Positions 26,417 to 39,194 of a DNA stretch of 64,000 nucleotides are shown here, in pieces. The notes beneath the pieces were generated by a model. It made no database searches and was not told the origin of the DNA. It saw nothing but the letters and a program-made list of their open reading frames with translations. The first letter of the stretch is position 1. Every line of letters starts with the position of its first letter. Source of the DNA: Moniliella sp. 'wahieum' (lineage: Eukaryota). The DNA lies in the NCBI GenBank assembly GCA_003971905.1, contig RSEE01000020.1, positions 496,001 to 560,000 of the forward strand, read 5' to 3'. Position numbers and translations under genes: made by a program.

Positions 26417-28026
26417 GAGGCCTGGGGCTTGTGAGGCAGGCTGAGGTGCCTGAGGACTGAGTTATCATGATGATACGCGAGATGCAGCTGACACTGAGAT
26501 TTTGTTGACCATCGAGCATAGAGATAATGAATCATCGATCAACGATCATCGCTCAGATCTGGGGCACCATTGCATCCCGTTGTTTGTAGGGAAGTAGAGA
26601 AGCACGTAGCAACTCGGAGCAAGTCCACGGAGTTCCCCCACACCACCAGAGAAGTACTGGAGCAGACTGGAGCAGTGAGCGTACTGAGTACTGACTAGTG
26701 ACTAGTGACTATACTGACTATACCCTGAGAGCGCTTGGCGTTTTGAGCGTCGTGTGCGCGGCCCCAAAGGGAACCATCAGGCCCAGGCCTCAGGCTGGTT
26801 TCTGACACCTGACATATCAAAGCTTTCGTACAGCTTACCGGTTACCCTTCTGAGCCGTGTGTGTGTGCCTGGGCCGTGCGCAAGGCTCACGCAGACGGCC
26901 AAACTGGGGCCAGCCAGGTCCCGCCACGCGCCACGGGGCTCCGCGTGCCATGTTGTCGGAGGGGATGGCGACCGAAATTGGAACACACACCTGTGGGGGG
27001 AGGCCGGTTGCTGTTGGTCGCCCGGTGCTGGGTAGCTGACTGATGCAATCAATGGTCGTTGATGAATGATTAGGCTTAGATCGGTTCTCGATTACCGTGC
27101 AATCGTGACAGATTGCTTGCTGAAAACCGAAGACTTGAAGCTTGCTGCTTGAAGCTTGATGACTGGATGTCGGATGACGATGACCGTCATCGGTCATTAA
27201 TTCGGGCATCGGCGATTGACGACCCGTTGAGCCGTTGTCGGTGCATAAAAAGCCAGCTGCTGCTGCAAGTGGCTAGCCAAGCTCCAAGTGGCTGTGGCCA
27301 GTGGCCAGAATCGTAATCTTGGCCTCGGCGTCAGCGTCACATCCCAGATTCCACCGAGTCGGAGGGGCCGCTCTCCCCTGCTCTCCCGCGCTCCCCGCTG
27401 CTCCGAACCACGGTGCGCCGGTGAATTCACCGGGCTGGCAGCGGAGTAGAGCGAGCGAACGCAGCCTGCTGAATGTGTTGAACTTCTCAGCGCTCAGCCT
27501 GGGCGGCTCAGCGCCGAAGCTGAACCACCAAAACCCAGCCCGGAAGATTTCCTTTTAGCGCTGGCCCGCCCGTCGGCAATACACATGATCGATGATCGAT
27601 GAACAATCACTAGTCACTAGTCATCCATCCGCAGCGCACTCCTGCCCCTCTCCGGCCTCGACACCTCCGTCCGGCCAAGAGCGACACTTGCCCGCAAGTC
27701 CCGTAGTCACCGCGTGCCGGTTGCACGCCCCCGCCCCCGTCACACACTGGCCACTGGCCATTGCCGGTTCCCCATCGCGCCTTTCCGAGCGTACATTGCT
27801 CCCCGTACTGCGCAGCGCCCACGAAGCCGAAGCGACCGCCACACCCTCACCCGTCTGATCACCGTGATCTGTCAGCTGTGGGTTATCCAGACCATATCGC
27901 ACCTCTCGCTGCCGCGCCCTTTTGGCCCTCATCGCATCCCCGCTTCCCGTCCGCCATTCATCCGTACTGCTCGTAGGCCCCTAGCCAATTCTGCCTCCCA
28001 ACCACCACCGCCCGAGCGCTGGCATC

Positions 28027-28694
28027 ATGCAGCGCACACACCAGACCGCCTCCTTGCTGCGCCAACACGCCCCCTGCGACCTGCCCCTCGCTCCCACGGT
28101 CGACAATAACCCGCCTCGGGCCCATCCAGTGTACTCCAGCCGAGGCGCATCCACCACCTACCGCTGCTTTTCCTGCGAGCGCCGTGGCCTTCTGTGCAGT
28201 GGCACCCAGCACGAACATCACCTCTCCTCCCCCCCCCTGCAATGGGCTGGACTGAGCTCAGCCGCAAACCGCCCCAGCCGCCTGCTGCCTTTCGGGCTCT
28301 GAGTCCGCCGCGTCTCGTCCACCTTCCACCGATGGCTTGCGACCCCCCCACTCCCTCTGCTTCCGAGGCCTCATCGGCCTCCTCTCCCACTACAACAGTC
28401 TCTTCTGCCTCCTCCGTCGGTCCTTTCACAGCGCACCGGCTCCGCGTCCGCGTCTCCCCCCCTCAAGAAACGTATCCTCTCCTCTCAACCCGCCGCACTC
28501 GCCCGCAATCAAATCCATCACACGCCCTCCTCGGGTGGGCAGCCAATGGCCGGGCTGGCCGGCTTAATTTCCGCCTGGCTGGACCCATGGTCGCCAGATG
28601 CACTCAACGCATGGAAGTCTCCGCATCTGGACGCACATTGCCTCCTCCCACTCCCCTGTCGGCTCGGGATTTCGAGCCCCCATGCAGTGACTGA
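28027..28694 (+). CDS. Possible small protein with a partial Zn2Cys6-like motif (CFSCERRGLLCSG)
   Basis: ORF 28027-28302 carries CxxC-x6-C. It probably continues into the Ser/Pro-rich ORF 28194-28694 through the C-run at ~28229-28237. Confidence 0.35.
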
Positions 28695-28836
28695 TCATCC
28701 TGATCCACCCCCCCCCCCTCCAAGGTCCTAACTCCCGACTTCTCGGACCAAGACTTACAACCTCTTACTGTAAGGACTACGAACTCTTGTTTTATTATAG
28801 TGTACCCATACTGTTTATACTTTCCCTCTTTCTACT

Positions 28837-31360
28837 CTAACACCAGCATGGGCTCCATGGAGCCTGCCAAAACAAGATATAGATGGTCCAATGGGGAGTT
28901 GAAGTAGTGTACATAACAAGTGTGTGTGCGTGTGTATGCAAGCAAGTACGGAGGGAAGAACCAACCCGATGCAATGCGTTCACATCACTTTCGTCGCTTG
29001 GAGCTTGTCCAGTCCTTTTGAGCCGGTGCACCTTTTTCTCCCAATCGCTCAGCTTGGTCGGCCGGATAGTACGTACAGCTTTCTGGAACCGGACCGAGGA
29101 GGTACCACGGGCGCGATCTTGCTTGCTGATCATCGGTTGGCCAGTCTTAACATCCACCTTGTCCAGCAACACCAATGTGGCCCTCACCCCGCCCCGTCCC
29201 ACCCGGCCAGCACGGTGCAAGAGCTCCATCGTGTCCGTCACATGTCGCTCCGACATGGTCGGCACTATTTTGGCCAATGCCTTGGGCTTCGAGTCGGGCA
29301 CAATCACGTGCGTTACCAAAGGCGAAAAGTCAATGCCTCGAGTTAGGTGAGAAGTGGTGATGAGAACACGAGGTTCTTCCTTCTTCTTCTTTTGGGAGCA
29401 CGGAAAATTTCCGTTTCATAGCACCCGCGTCGGAACCTGTCTCACCATCCAGCGTCATCCGCCGCGGATCGAGAACAAACCCGCCATATCCTCGTTGCTG
29501 GTAATGCTGTATTCGCGCGACTCGCTCACCAAAGAACAGTTCCTGCACTCGAACGTTAGTTTGGCTCAAATCAAACAAGGGCAACTTCGGTTACATACGG
29601 AATCTCAACCCGGTCGAGCACTTTAGCCGCCCACTGGACCGACTCGCGTTTTTCCGTTACGACCAGGACTTTGGACCGGCCGTAGGATCGGAATTGAGAG
29701 CCTCCGCCACTTGGTTGACAAACGCATCGTTGAACGTGGGTAGGGTAGGAACATACTTAACCCGCACCGTGGACGGCAGCTGGTGAAGGAAGTTGGACAA
29801 CACGTTGACCGTCGCTGGGAACCGGTTGGTCAGCTGTTTCTTAAAGGCGGTGTGATCGATGCCGTAACATGAATCACATCGGCCGGAGCGAGGGGTAGAA
29901 AGTCCCCCCCTTCTCGCCAGGCTTGAATACGGTCATCATACACCATCCGGACAAGTTGACGTGTGCTCTCGTAGTGGTGCACGTCCCCAACGTGTCCGCC
30001 TCATCACACACAAATGCCTTTACTCCATCAAGGGAGATAAGTTGATCCTTTCGCGCCTTTTCGTACTGCTTCTCAAGTTGCTCAGCTGCCAGCACATCGA
30101 GGGAGCGTTGCTTTTCATGGAGTGCCTTGAACTTCTCGGCTCGCTCGGTTGGCGAAGTGACCAAGTCCAGTAGCCGGCCCGGGGTGCTGACCAGCACATC
30201 CAGTGGCCGCACCTCACCCCACTTTCCCTCCTTCATCTTTCGCACGTCTTTCCTCAGCGTTTCGATCCACTTGGCTCGGCTGGTACAGAGCGTACGGAGC
30301 GGCACCTTCCGTGCTAAGGATTTGATGTTGGCCTCGATTTGCCGCGCCAGTTCATGCGTCGGCAAGGATGACGCTCCGCGGCAAAACAACAAAGTCAGGC
30401 TCTTTCTTGGTCTTGGGATTCCACGCATTTAACTCCTCTTTCAATGCGACCGCCTCTCGTTCGCGCATCGCAACCTCCGAATCGGATTCAAATCCCCCCT
30501 GACATCGCTGGCTTTGGGAATGAACTGGGCCTTGGCCTTGGCCTTCATAAACGCTTCCAAGTCTTCCACCTCCTCATCCGACCACCCGCAAGCTCCCCCA
30601 TGTCCTCTTCGCCGGACCAGGGTCAAACGAGGCCATTTCTTCCTCGGTCCACCCTCTTCACCTTCCTCTTCCTCCTCCATATCTGTCCCCCGATCGCCCG
30701 TTTGGAGCACCTCCGTACTCTTCTCAGAATCAATCGGCATTGCCAACAATCGTTGCAACAAGGGAAGCAAATACGCAAGTGTTTTGCCCCCGCCGGTTTC
30801 GCCCCCAATCAGGGTCGACGTGCCCGGAGCATGGGGGAAGAGAAAACCAGGTTCGCGGCGGAACAGAGACGCCCAAGGAAGGCTCTTCGATGCCTGAACG
30901 ATTCACGCTCGGTAAAAAAGTGGGTAGGCAGCACGCTGCACGGAGGAGCTTCAACGGTTCAGTGCGATTGTTGGTATCGAGACGAAGGGCATTGCGGGCA
31001 GTAAGTTGCCGAACCAGGTTCTCGACGAGGTCCCTGTCGATGGGTAGGCACCGAAACCCATCGTGTGAGGGTATCGCATCAGAAGGAACGGCAGACGCAA
31101 CAGTCTTCCCCGTGCGAGGGGTGGCCACCACAGTAGCGGGCGACGGCACCGAGGTCGAGCTGGCCTTCCGCGGTAGGGCGTTTCCCACGGGCCTAGGACG
31201 CATCGCCGGGTTCAGGCATGCCGGGTACACATGAAGACTTCGGGCACTCGCTGGTGCGCAGAGGGACACGCGAGGGGGCAGCGCAAGTGCGCGGGCACTC
31301 AATCCGCATCATCCGGGTGACGCTGGGCTGGTCGTTGGCGGTGGCCGAGGCTGAGAGCAT
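28837..31360 (-). CDS. MRH4: DEAD-box ATP-dependent RNA helicase, Mrh4-like (mitochondrial); ends approximate
   Basis: Motif I GETGGGKTLAYLLP, Ia PTHELARQ, Ib STPGRLLD, II DEAD, V RGIDFSP, VI HRAGRVGR. Arg/Ser/Ala-rich presequence-like N-terminus. Frameshifted. Confidence 0.85.
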
Positions 31361-31700
31361 CGACGCGCTTGCGAAAAAGAATTGCCACAGAAGCTCGGGC
31401 AATCGGTGCAACCCTTTTGGCCATAATTGCAGGTGGGGTAAATGTCCATTCTGGCCCTCTGCACGATAGAAACCAGGTGAATAGGCGCGGGATTGACGAT
31501 CGATGATCATCGATGAAAGGGTGGCACGGCGGACGTGGTTGTGTCAGTATGGCTTCTTGTACCCAACAATCACTCTGGACGTCTTCCTAATGTTTTCCTG
31601 TTCGCTATTCCAATACAGGCCAGAGTTTAGCTTTCAATACAAGAAGAACAAGAAAACCACCATCTCTAGGGTTACAACACTCCGCAGTGCAGCTTATATC

Positions 31701-31795
31701 GCTTTCATGGGTTAGTGGTATACTACATCGTTGCCAGACTGGCCCCGTGCCTGTGCGACGTCGATGTGACAGGGGTTCGATTCCCCTTGGAAGCA
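31701..31795 (+). tRNA. tRNA-Gly (GCC) with 24-nt intron (31737-31760)
   Basis: Acceptor stem GCTTTCA/TGGAAGC, anticodon arm CATCG-TTGCCA[intron]T-CGATG, T arm AGGGG-TTCGATT-CCCCT, downstream T-run terminator. Confidence 0.95.
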
Positions 31796-31987
31796 CTCTT
31801 TTTCTTTCCAACCTAACCTGTGTTCGTGAATCCATAGCATTTGCAAAATCACCCGCCAACACTACCAGCGACACGATAAATGCTTTGTTGGGTTTCTCAC
31901 CCACTTGCCATTTCCATTGAAGACTTGAAGAAGAATGAAAGGCGATTTTTTGGTCATTTGCGTTGGAATGGCAAAAAGGTAAAAAAG

Positions 31988-32087
31988 TGTCGTGTCCCGG
32001 GATCGAACCGGGGACCTTGAGGAATCCAAAGGATCTGCTATTGAAGAAGACTTCAATCTCACGCTCTCCCATCTGAGCTAACCCGAC
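31988..32087 (-). tRNA. tRNA-Phe (GAA) with ~27-nt intron (32024-32050)
   Basis: GTCGGGTTAGCTCAGATGGGAGAGCG TGAGA-TTGAAG[intron]..AGGTC CCCGG-TTCGATC-CCGGG ACACGAC A, followed by a T6 terminator. Intron CTTCAAT can pair with the anticodon loop. Confidence 0.92.
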
Positions 32088-33076
32088 TGCTGTGACAACA
32101 TCTGAAGGCTCTAAATTTACGGTTCAACCAATCTATATACGTTCCCGCCAATAAATGACACCGTTAAGTGGCGGCGAAATCACAATCGATTGCGTGTATC
32201 GTGAAGGCTTGGTAGAGAGGTTGGTTGACATAGGTACTATGGGAGCAGGGAGTGATTGAGATGTGACCGGAGGAGTATGCGGATGGGAAGTCGGCAAACT
32301 CCCAGGTCTCGCTCAAGACTAATGAGAAGAGATTCAATATTCACGGCCGGGACAACAAAACCCGACGGTCGAGCTTCGCTTCATGCACTTCATGGGTCGG
32401 CACATTACCTGCCCTACCGATCGTCCCTTAGCGCTGAGCCTGAGCACAGCAACTTTCCCAGCTGCACCACTGGTCTTGCGCCGCAGCTGGGCATCCTCGG
32501 AATGGATATTTATATATCACTCCGCCTGTGCTGTGGAGGGTCAGCGGGCGCCTCTTCTCTGGCTCGGCTATATTTCGCACTCTCATCAGAGCCCCTGTTT
32601 TTGAATTGCATGGAAGCGACTATACTGCTATCGCCAACCACCGCTTCCCACTTGACTTGACAATGACCTCCCAAATGCAGCACTTCTTGCAACTGGGACC
32701 AGTTTTGGCCCACTCAACGCATCCCTCTCAATATCGAAAGGTGTGGGTGCTGGCTTTGCCCAGGCTTCCGCCACTTCTCATTCACTACGTAAATCGGCAT
32801 ATGCATCGATGAGCAGCCCAGACGATCCAACCATTGAGGCCGGAGAAGGCTTAGCCGGGCTTCCATTCGTTTTTCGGCCAGGGTATACTGTCAATGCTGG
32901 TACCAGACGTGTGGTGCGATGTAGTCTCTCCAGGTCACATATACCGACTTCATTCCTCGTCATTGCCCTCGATTCAGCGACAGAGCCTCGCACGCACGCA
33001 GAGAGTTCTCACACCCTGGCCCTCGTTTGCCTCGTATGTTTACTTGCCCGCCCCCTGTGTTACGGGCTGCGGTGGA

Positions 33077-33187
33077 CCGAGATGGTCCGATCCAAGCGAA
33101 GGCCCGCCTGCTCTGCACATGGCCAACAGTAGAACGTGCTGTCTCTGCAGGCCAACCAAGCGTGATGACGGTTAGTTAAATTAGGTG
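33077..33187 (+). repeat. Fragment of LTR-like repeat family A (empty-site paralog of the MITE insertion)
   Basis: CCGAGATGGTCCGATCCAAGC.AAGGCCCGCCTGCTC.GCACATG...GCAGGCC matches 50734-50803. It continues GATGACGGTT...TAAATT..AGGT, like the sequence after the MITE. Confidence 0.8.
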
Positions 33188-33825
33188 TGGTGTCACCGAA
33201 TGACTAGCTCGCTCCAATTTCCAATTCTGCATCCTGTCTCTCGCTCTTCCCTTTCCCTTTTGCTTCTGTTCTCTGCCTGATGCCTTCTTGTGTCCTTTTT
33301 TGAGGATCCATCACTTCGCCAGGCCACTTGCAGAGTTGATCGGAAACTTACGGTGATGCTCAGGCTATGAACGAAACAGCAGATTTTTGCTACCGACATC
33401 GAACCTAAGTGCGGACTTCTGAGAAACCCTCAACCTTTAACGATTGAGATCCTACTAGTACTCTATACACACTTACCCACAACACCTGTTAGTCGTCTCC
33501 AACTTGAATCAACTACATCGATTCGTGCATGACCATGACTGTCACGAGTGAGCCACAGAACTTTCAGAGCTACGTCACAACCACGTAAACCAATAGAGAA
33601 GTCCGTGCATGCAACACAACCAAGGAAAACGGACAGGGCAAAGTACGAAAGAAGTTCGATCAGACCGATCGGGTTGCTAGGGCGAGCCCAACGGCCCGGA
33701 CGACGGCGCATGAACCAAGATTGTAGGTGTGAGGTCGCTGGAAGAGGAAGGTGGTGGGTCCATGTGAGGTGATTGCGTCCCCTCCTCCTGCTGTGCGAGA
33801 AGGTTGCTCGAGTCCGAATCGGACC

Positions 33826-35822
33826 CTAGACCATGATTGGATTCGGCCCTTTCTTCAAGCGGGGGTGATGAGGTGAGGTTACCGAAGCAGGAGAGGACAC
33901 CGCAATGGATGAAGGTCGTCGAGTGGCTGGCTGGGACCAGGTGGGCGGGTACCCGTGGGCACAGTGGTGGGGGCTCAACGCGAGGGCGGATGGGCTGTAG
34001 GTGCGGAGCCTGGTGGAGGGGACAAATAGTCCGCTCTGCTCGAGTGAGTTGACCAAGGCCGCAGCCAAGGTGTGCGACCGTGGGGGCACCCGAGACGCAG
34101 TGCTGACTTGGCCCGCGCCGCTAGTGTCGGACCCAGAAGGATGCATAATTTGTGCACGATCAGCAGGGAAGCGAGGAACCAGCCCAGTTAAAGGTGCCTC
34201 ATCGCTTCCTCCGGTCCTTGGACGTATCCAACTCAAGAGGGAGCCCCATCCAGACGGAGGATGGCGGTCATTGGCAAAAGGTGAATAGGGTGGCGGTGAA
34301 GTTGGACGGGAGAAGTAATCTCTCGGCGCAGCATGGGTGGTGGTATGACTTGTCACACCATGCGGTGGTGGGGGGTGGAGTACGTTGCTCTCCGTCACTT
34401 GGGCCCGAGGGAGGCAAAAGCGAGTGGAGAGAAATGTCCATGCCGTGTTCCCGTGGCGTGGGTAAGGCATAGTAAGACGGATCCGAGGAGATAGACACAC
34501 TGTCGTCACCCCCTTCCGCCTCGTCCAGCATCGGAACCCGACTGGGTCCAGCCTGGCTAACTCCTGGCGCAAAAGGTGGGCGGTTCCCTCCAACGGGGCA
34601 TGAAGCGCCTCCACAGCGCCAAGTAAAGGTGAAATGGGCGGAGGAGGCGGCAGAGACTGTAGCAGTTCCGCATCTGCCGGTCCAGCTGTTCTGCTAGCCT
34701 CAGCATCATCGGCGGTTTGGATGAGGACACTACCTCCCTCCACGCCGTAGGCCGGAGGAGGAGGCAAGTTACCCACCATGGGAGCCAACCCCCACTTTTT
34801 CACATTTGCTTCGATAAAGACGAACCCGGCTTGTCCCAGATTGACATGCACCTCAGCTGGCCCATCAGCGGCGACAGTGGGGAAGAAGTTGTGTCGATTA
34901 AGTCCCACAAACGCATCTTCAAAACGCTTGCCGTTGCGGGTAAAAAAGACACTCCCCAGCCGAGGACGATAGCCAAGACCGATCACATCCCCCTGTCGGT
35001 AAGGAACACTGTATGGCTCCTCAGACCAAGGCTGGTTGTGACACTTGGTGCCATCTAGGCTATAGTAGCCAATCGAGTACTTGAGCAGGCCTTTGCATAC
35101 AAAAGTCAAGTTAGTATCTTTACTGTTGCGAAGGAGAGTAGGTAGCTTACCAGGCAAACGGAAGCTCGGGTACGGCTTGGTCGTCAGCCCAATGGCAACG
35201 TTGGTTGAATCGGGCTTGTTGAACATCTTGACCTCAAAGTAGTACACTTCGTTGAGCTTCGGGATTGGCAGGTTGCTCTGTACACACACGGCACCGCCTT
35301 CTTGAGGAGCAAGACCATCTCCATCGGATAGAAATGTGATTTCTGTACGACCCTCGACGTACAGAGGTGGGTTGGCCTCGTAGTCGGGCTCAAAAGACCA
35401 GGCGGCTACGCCCTTTTCTTGAATGCTCAGCAGCTGGCCGAGCGTAATATCGGTAGGAACGCTGCCAGTCGGATGAGTGCGAGCCCAGGCTTGGCTACGC
35501 AAGAAGCCACGGCGCGAAGCGTCGTCGAGGGAGGAAAGATAAGCCTCTTGCCTCTCCTGCAGCGCGCGCGGACCGGCCTCGTCCTCATCGCGCAAAATGT
35601 CGGCAGGCATGCGAAGATCCGAAAGGGCAATGCGGGCATTGCGCCGCAATAAAGGACTAGGATCGCAAAGAGCACCAATACGCACATCATCGTTGCCAGC
35701 AGGATGCAACGGGAGCACAATGATCAGCGTCTCGCCGGGGTCTTCAACCATCTGGACAGGGGCGGCGGCGGGGGTGTGGGCGCGGCAGCGAGAACAAGTG
35801 CGAAGCAGAGCAGGGCTGCCAT
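33826..35822 (-). CDS. SSH4: Ssh4-like SPRY-domain membrane protein, Rsp5 adaptor (frameshifted)
   Basis: Signal peptide MAALLCFALVLAAA and TM segment. IQEKGVAAWSFEPDY, VQSNLPIPKLNEVYYFEVKM, TKPYPSFRLPG, GDVIGLGY, FFTRNGK, HVNLGQAGFVFIEANVKKWGLAP. PY motifs PPPAY and PPPY. 60-nt intron 35091-35150. Confidence 0.9.
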
Positions 35823-37799
35823 GTATGAAGCGGAGCGCACTAAGTGCACCCAGCGCGGCGACACGCGACGGGTGGCGGACATCGTCGCCGAGGCGCGCAG
35901 GGGAAGCGGTTCGGCACAGGTGGTGGTGGCCGCGGCAGCCGGGCGGGGTGGCTGCGCTGCTCAGCTCCGGCTGCGCTTAGCTCAGCGCTCGGGGAGCGGC
36001 GGTTAGGGTTGGCCACCCGGGCGTGGCATGTGGAATAGTCCGCGGGCCACGGGGCGACGGAGACAGTGGCCCCCTGCGGGGCTTGCAACATTTCAGCCGC
36101 CCCAGGCAGCACCCCGCACAGCCAGCGGAAATGAAATGGAGAAAGCGGCGATGGCTGCCGCCGTGCGTTGCTGCATGATCGACGTTGTCTCAACCGCACG
36201 CGGCCCCACGTTTTGCTGTCTTGGCAGATCTGTCCGTCGCTCTTTTGCCACCCTGTCTTTATCTTTGCCGAAGCGGACACATATACACACCCACGCCACT
36301 GCTCCACAAAAAGAGTGGCGCTTAAGCCTTGGAGCACAGGGGCTGAGGTTATCAATTCCTTTTGATGCTTGGCCGGTCCTTCCGCTTTTCGCTCGAGTCA
36401 AAAGACCTTCCATTTTGCATCGTTTGTTTCTGGTCGAGGGCGAGGCCCTCTTGAACACTATAGTCTTTCACAAGAGCTGCCAATTTCAGGGTTTCTTCCT
36501 TCTTATTGAGGACTCAAGTGTAATATCTTCCCTTCCACAACTCTCCTGCATGTAGTGTATGGATTTTGGTAACATGTTTCTTTTTTCGGTTTAGGTCATT
36601 TCATCAATCCAATCTGTTTCTCGGGGATTTCCAGTCTTGTCCTAGATTTTCCAACGCAATACCGGCCAACATTTTTCGCCTCTCCAGGATCCAGCTCTCG
36701 AATTGATTCGCTGGGAAATATGGGTTTCCTGCTCGAGTATATCCAGCACGTCTCGTTTAACCCCTCTGGGATTCTAAAGAGCCCCTTTTAAAGTATAAAG
36801 CGAGAGAAGCTGTCCAACCGGTCCGATGCTTGTGTACCTTCCAGCCCTATCTTTCGCTCCCAGTGGGCCTCTTTTTAGACCAAAATACTTAGGAACTTCG
36901 ATGTTTTGTTTCACTTTGACTATCCTATATATAGTTGTTCCACAACCAAGCCGTGTTGCACTGGGTCTTCCGTTCTCCTCGCTGGCGTCGATGGTTGGAA
37001 CTGGACATGTACTCTCCCTTCCCTTCGAACGATTGCATCACCCTGAAAGGCCAACATGAGTCCAGCTCTCGCCAGGACTCCCTTCAGTGGCACGTGGCTT
37101 GACCACACGTCGTGAGTCGTCTGTCCTCCTGAAGGGAATCGGACTCCAATCCCTGGGGTCAACTCCATGTTACTAAATGACTAACACCAAGAACGTCAGA
37201 TCCTGCCAGTAGCTTCCACACTTCCCTTATTGAAGCAACTATGATCTCTTCACATCGTTACGAAAGGTATAGTGTAGACCTTGCTCCCGTCACTGAATCA
37301 TTGAGGGTCTTGGACATATCCTTGACCAAGTTCTTCTCTCAATAAATCATTTAGAAGACCAGTACTACTACCACCACTTAGAAAGAAGGAAAATGGGCCC
37401 GAAGATATCAGTGTTAGAGTTTGTCAGACAGATACAGAGAGGGTGAGAGACGTGCTACATCAAGTTAGACTCACCGATATCCGGCTTCAGAACCGTGCAA
37501 AACCAAGAGGGTAGAGAGGGAAAAAACCCTCTGGTCTGGGTGGCTGTGTGCCTGTAAAGACGACAGCCCAGGCCCTCCGGAGAGGCGGCAGCATACGTAC
37601 ATTACGGGTCGTGAGGACCCGTTGAAGGGGGGCCCAAGGCTGCTGCGGGCCGCCTTAATGATTGTTCGCGGGCTCAAACTCGTAGATAGAGGTGGAGTCC
37701 TCTCGTTTCGATACAGCCCAGCCTCCACTCTTCTGCAACCTGTCCGAAAGGGCGAACCGAAGCCGTTTCTCTAATGGATGCCGTCAATGCTGCGCCCGC

Positions 37800-38200
37800 C
37801 CAACAGGGTCGCCCTGCAGGGTCACCCTGCACCCGACCTTATCCACCAAGGTGCTGTTTCTCAGCAGCTCGCCCCGTTGGGCACCCCCACTACTGCACTC
37901 CCCCACCAGGTCCACGCAGTCGACGATCGCTCTGCTTCAGTCAGAACCCACGTGCACCTTCATCCGTCGACGTTGCCGCCAACAAGGAGGCATTGTAGAG
38001 TTTGCTTTCACAGCGGTGTTCCTCATGCGAACGAATGGCCTCCCCTCTTCGAGGATTCCGCTATCTAAATTCACTGCCCGGCTCACGTCAAAGCTTTCAT
38101 TCAATTCTTGCCGGATTGATGGGTACGAAACCAGAGAGGTCTCTTTGGCGAGGTGGCGGACTGGGCGAACTATACGCTCCCCCCCCCGGATCTACCCGGA
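37800..38200 (+). pseudogene. Possible decayed tyrosine-recombinase (DIRS/Ngaro-type) coding relic
   Basis: ORF 37692-38279 contains LLHSPTRST..IALL....TC, VF...NGLP....PLSKFTARL and SFNSCRIDG...LARWRT. These loosely resemble YR motifs LxLPxSKT, PLF, GHSFRIGG and GRW. Weak match by eye only. Confidence 0.25.
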
Positions 38201-38402
38201 CTCCACGCGCTCGCCCACGGACCCGCATAGTGTGCCTTCTGCACCCGCCATAGTGGACAGACCGTGGAAGGCACATTGATCACACACCGTCGTCTCCAAG
38301 TATCCTGACCTGGTCATCCCTTCAATAGGCTACAGCGAGTGCTACATGCTCATGAAGAGTGGCTCGCTGTTGATGCATGACCTCTGGCATATTCTCGAGA
38401 AT

Positions 38403-38708
38403 TGTCACGGGCGAGGACGGGCTGGCAAGCCCGGCGGAGTCTACGTGCACCCTTTTCGCCTTCCTAACCCCGTCCCAGATTGGTCAGTGGGTCACAGATT
38501 CGATCTGATCCAATCTCAGCTGAGGGCCGTCCGCTCTACCCAATCATAGAGCGCGCCCTCAGATTCAATTCAGTTCCATCGCGGCTGGCTCGACCGTCAG
38601 GGCGATTACCTTCACAGTTTACGCATCCGAGCGACCATAGTTGCCTTTCGCCTCAGCGAATTGGGAACAAGTCTGGTGGTTCTCCCCGTTTCCATGGTCG
38701 TTGTGACA
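38403..38708 (+). mobile_element. Solo-LTR-like element, family A (TGTCAC...GTGACA termini, 306 bp)
   Basis: TG..CA inverted termini. Homologous blocks with 50675-51319 (CAAGTCTGGTGG, CGTTGTGAC) and with the reverse complement of 42070-42174. No TSD seen. Confidence 0.65.
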
Positions 38709-38758
38709 CTAGTCCGCCCTGTGCCCATTTATATATATGAGTTCTCTGCGCTGCGCCT

Positions 38759-39180
38759 GTGGCAACCCCCCTTTACGACATTAGTCGCCCCGTGCCTGAC
38801 CTTTCTAGGTTGCCCGTGCGGCAGCTGTCTGCCCTATTTTCCCCTGTGCCCCGTTCTTTCTCCGGTGCCTTGTTTCCCTTTTAGTCACTGTCTGATAGCA
38901 ATGGTTCATCATGGCTTAATTTCTACCACACGGTCCATTGGCCTCTCCCCCTATTCTCCACGCCAATTGATCAACCCAGTACAGGCAACTCCTCTTGGTT
39001 GCTTCTCCAACACCCGTCGTCAGCTCTCAGTTGCTTTTCCGACCCAAGCAGTTTAGCTAGGTGCGATCCTGCCTACAGCCACGCCGCCCCCCATCAGTCC
39101 CAGTCCCCACTCTCAGTCCAGCATATAGGTCCCTCGCTGCCCCCTCCCCGTCCCTAAGCCTGAAGGCTTCAGACGCGCTA
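38759..39180 (+). mobile_element. Degenerate LTR-like repeat, family B
   Basis: Homologous to 19844-20190 (-) and 51322-51790 (+), for example CTGCCCC.TCCC.GTCCCTAAG..AGGCTTCAG. Confidence 0.65.
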
Positions 39181-39194
39181 TACTGCACAGCGGA

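Noticed and set aside
36370..37200. Possible Ty3/Gypsy protease-like remnant on the minus strand
   Set aside because: Only a vague W....P.L.W resemblance amid many stops; it cannot be supported without a profile search.
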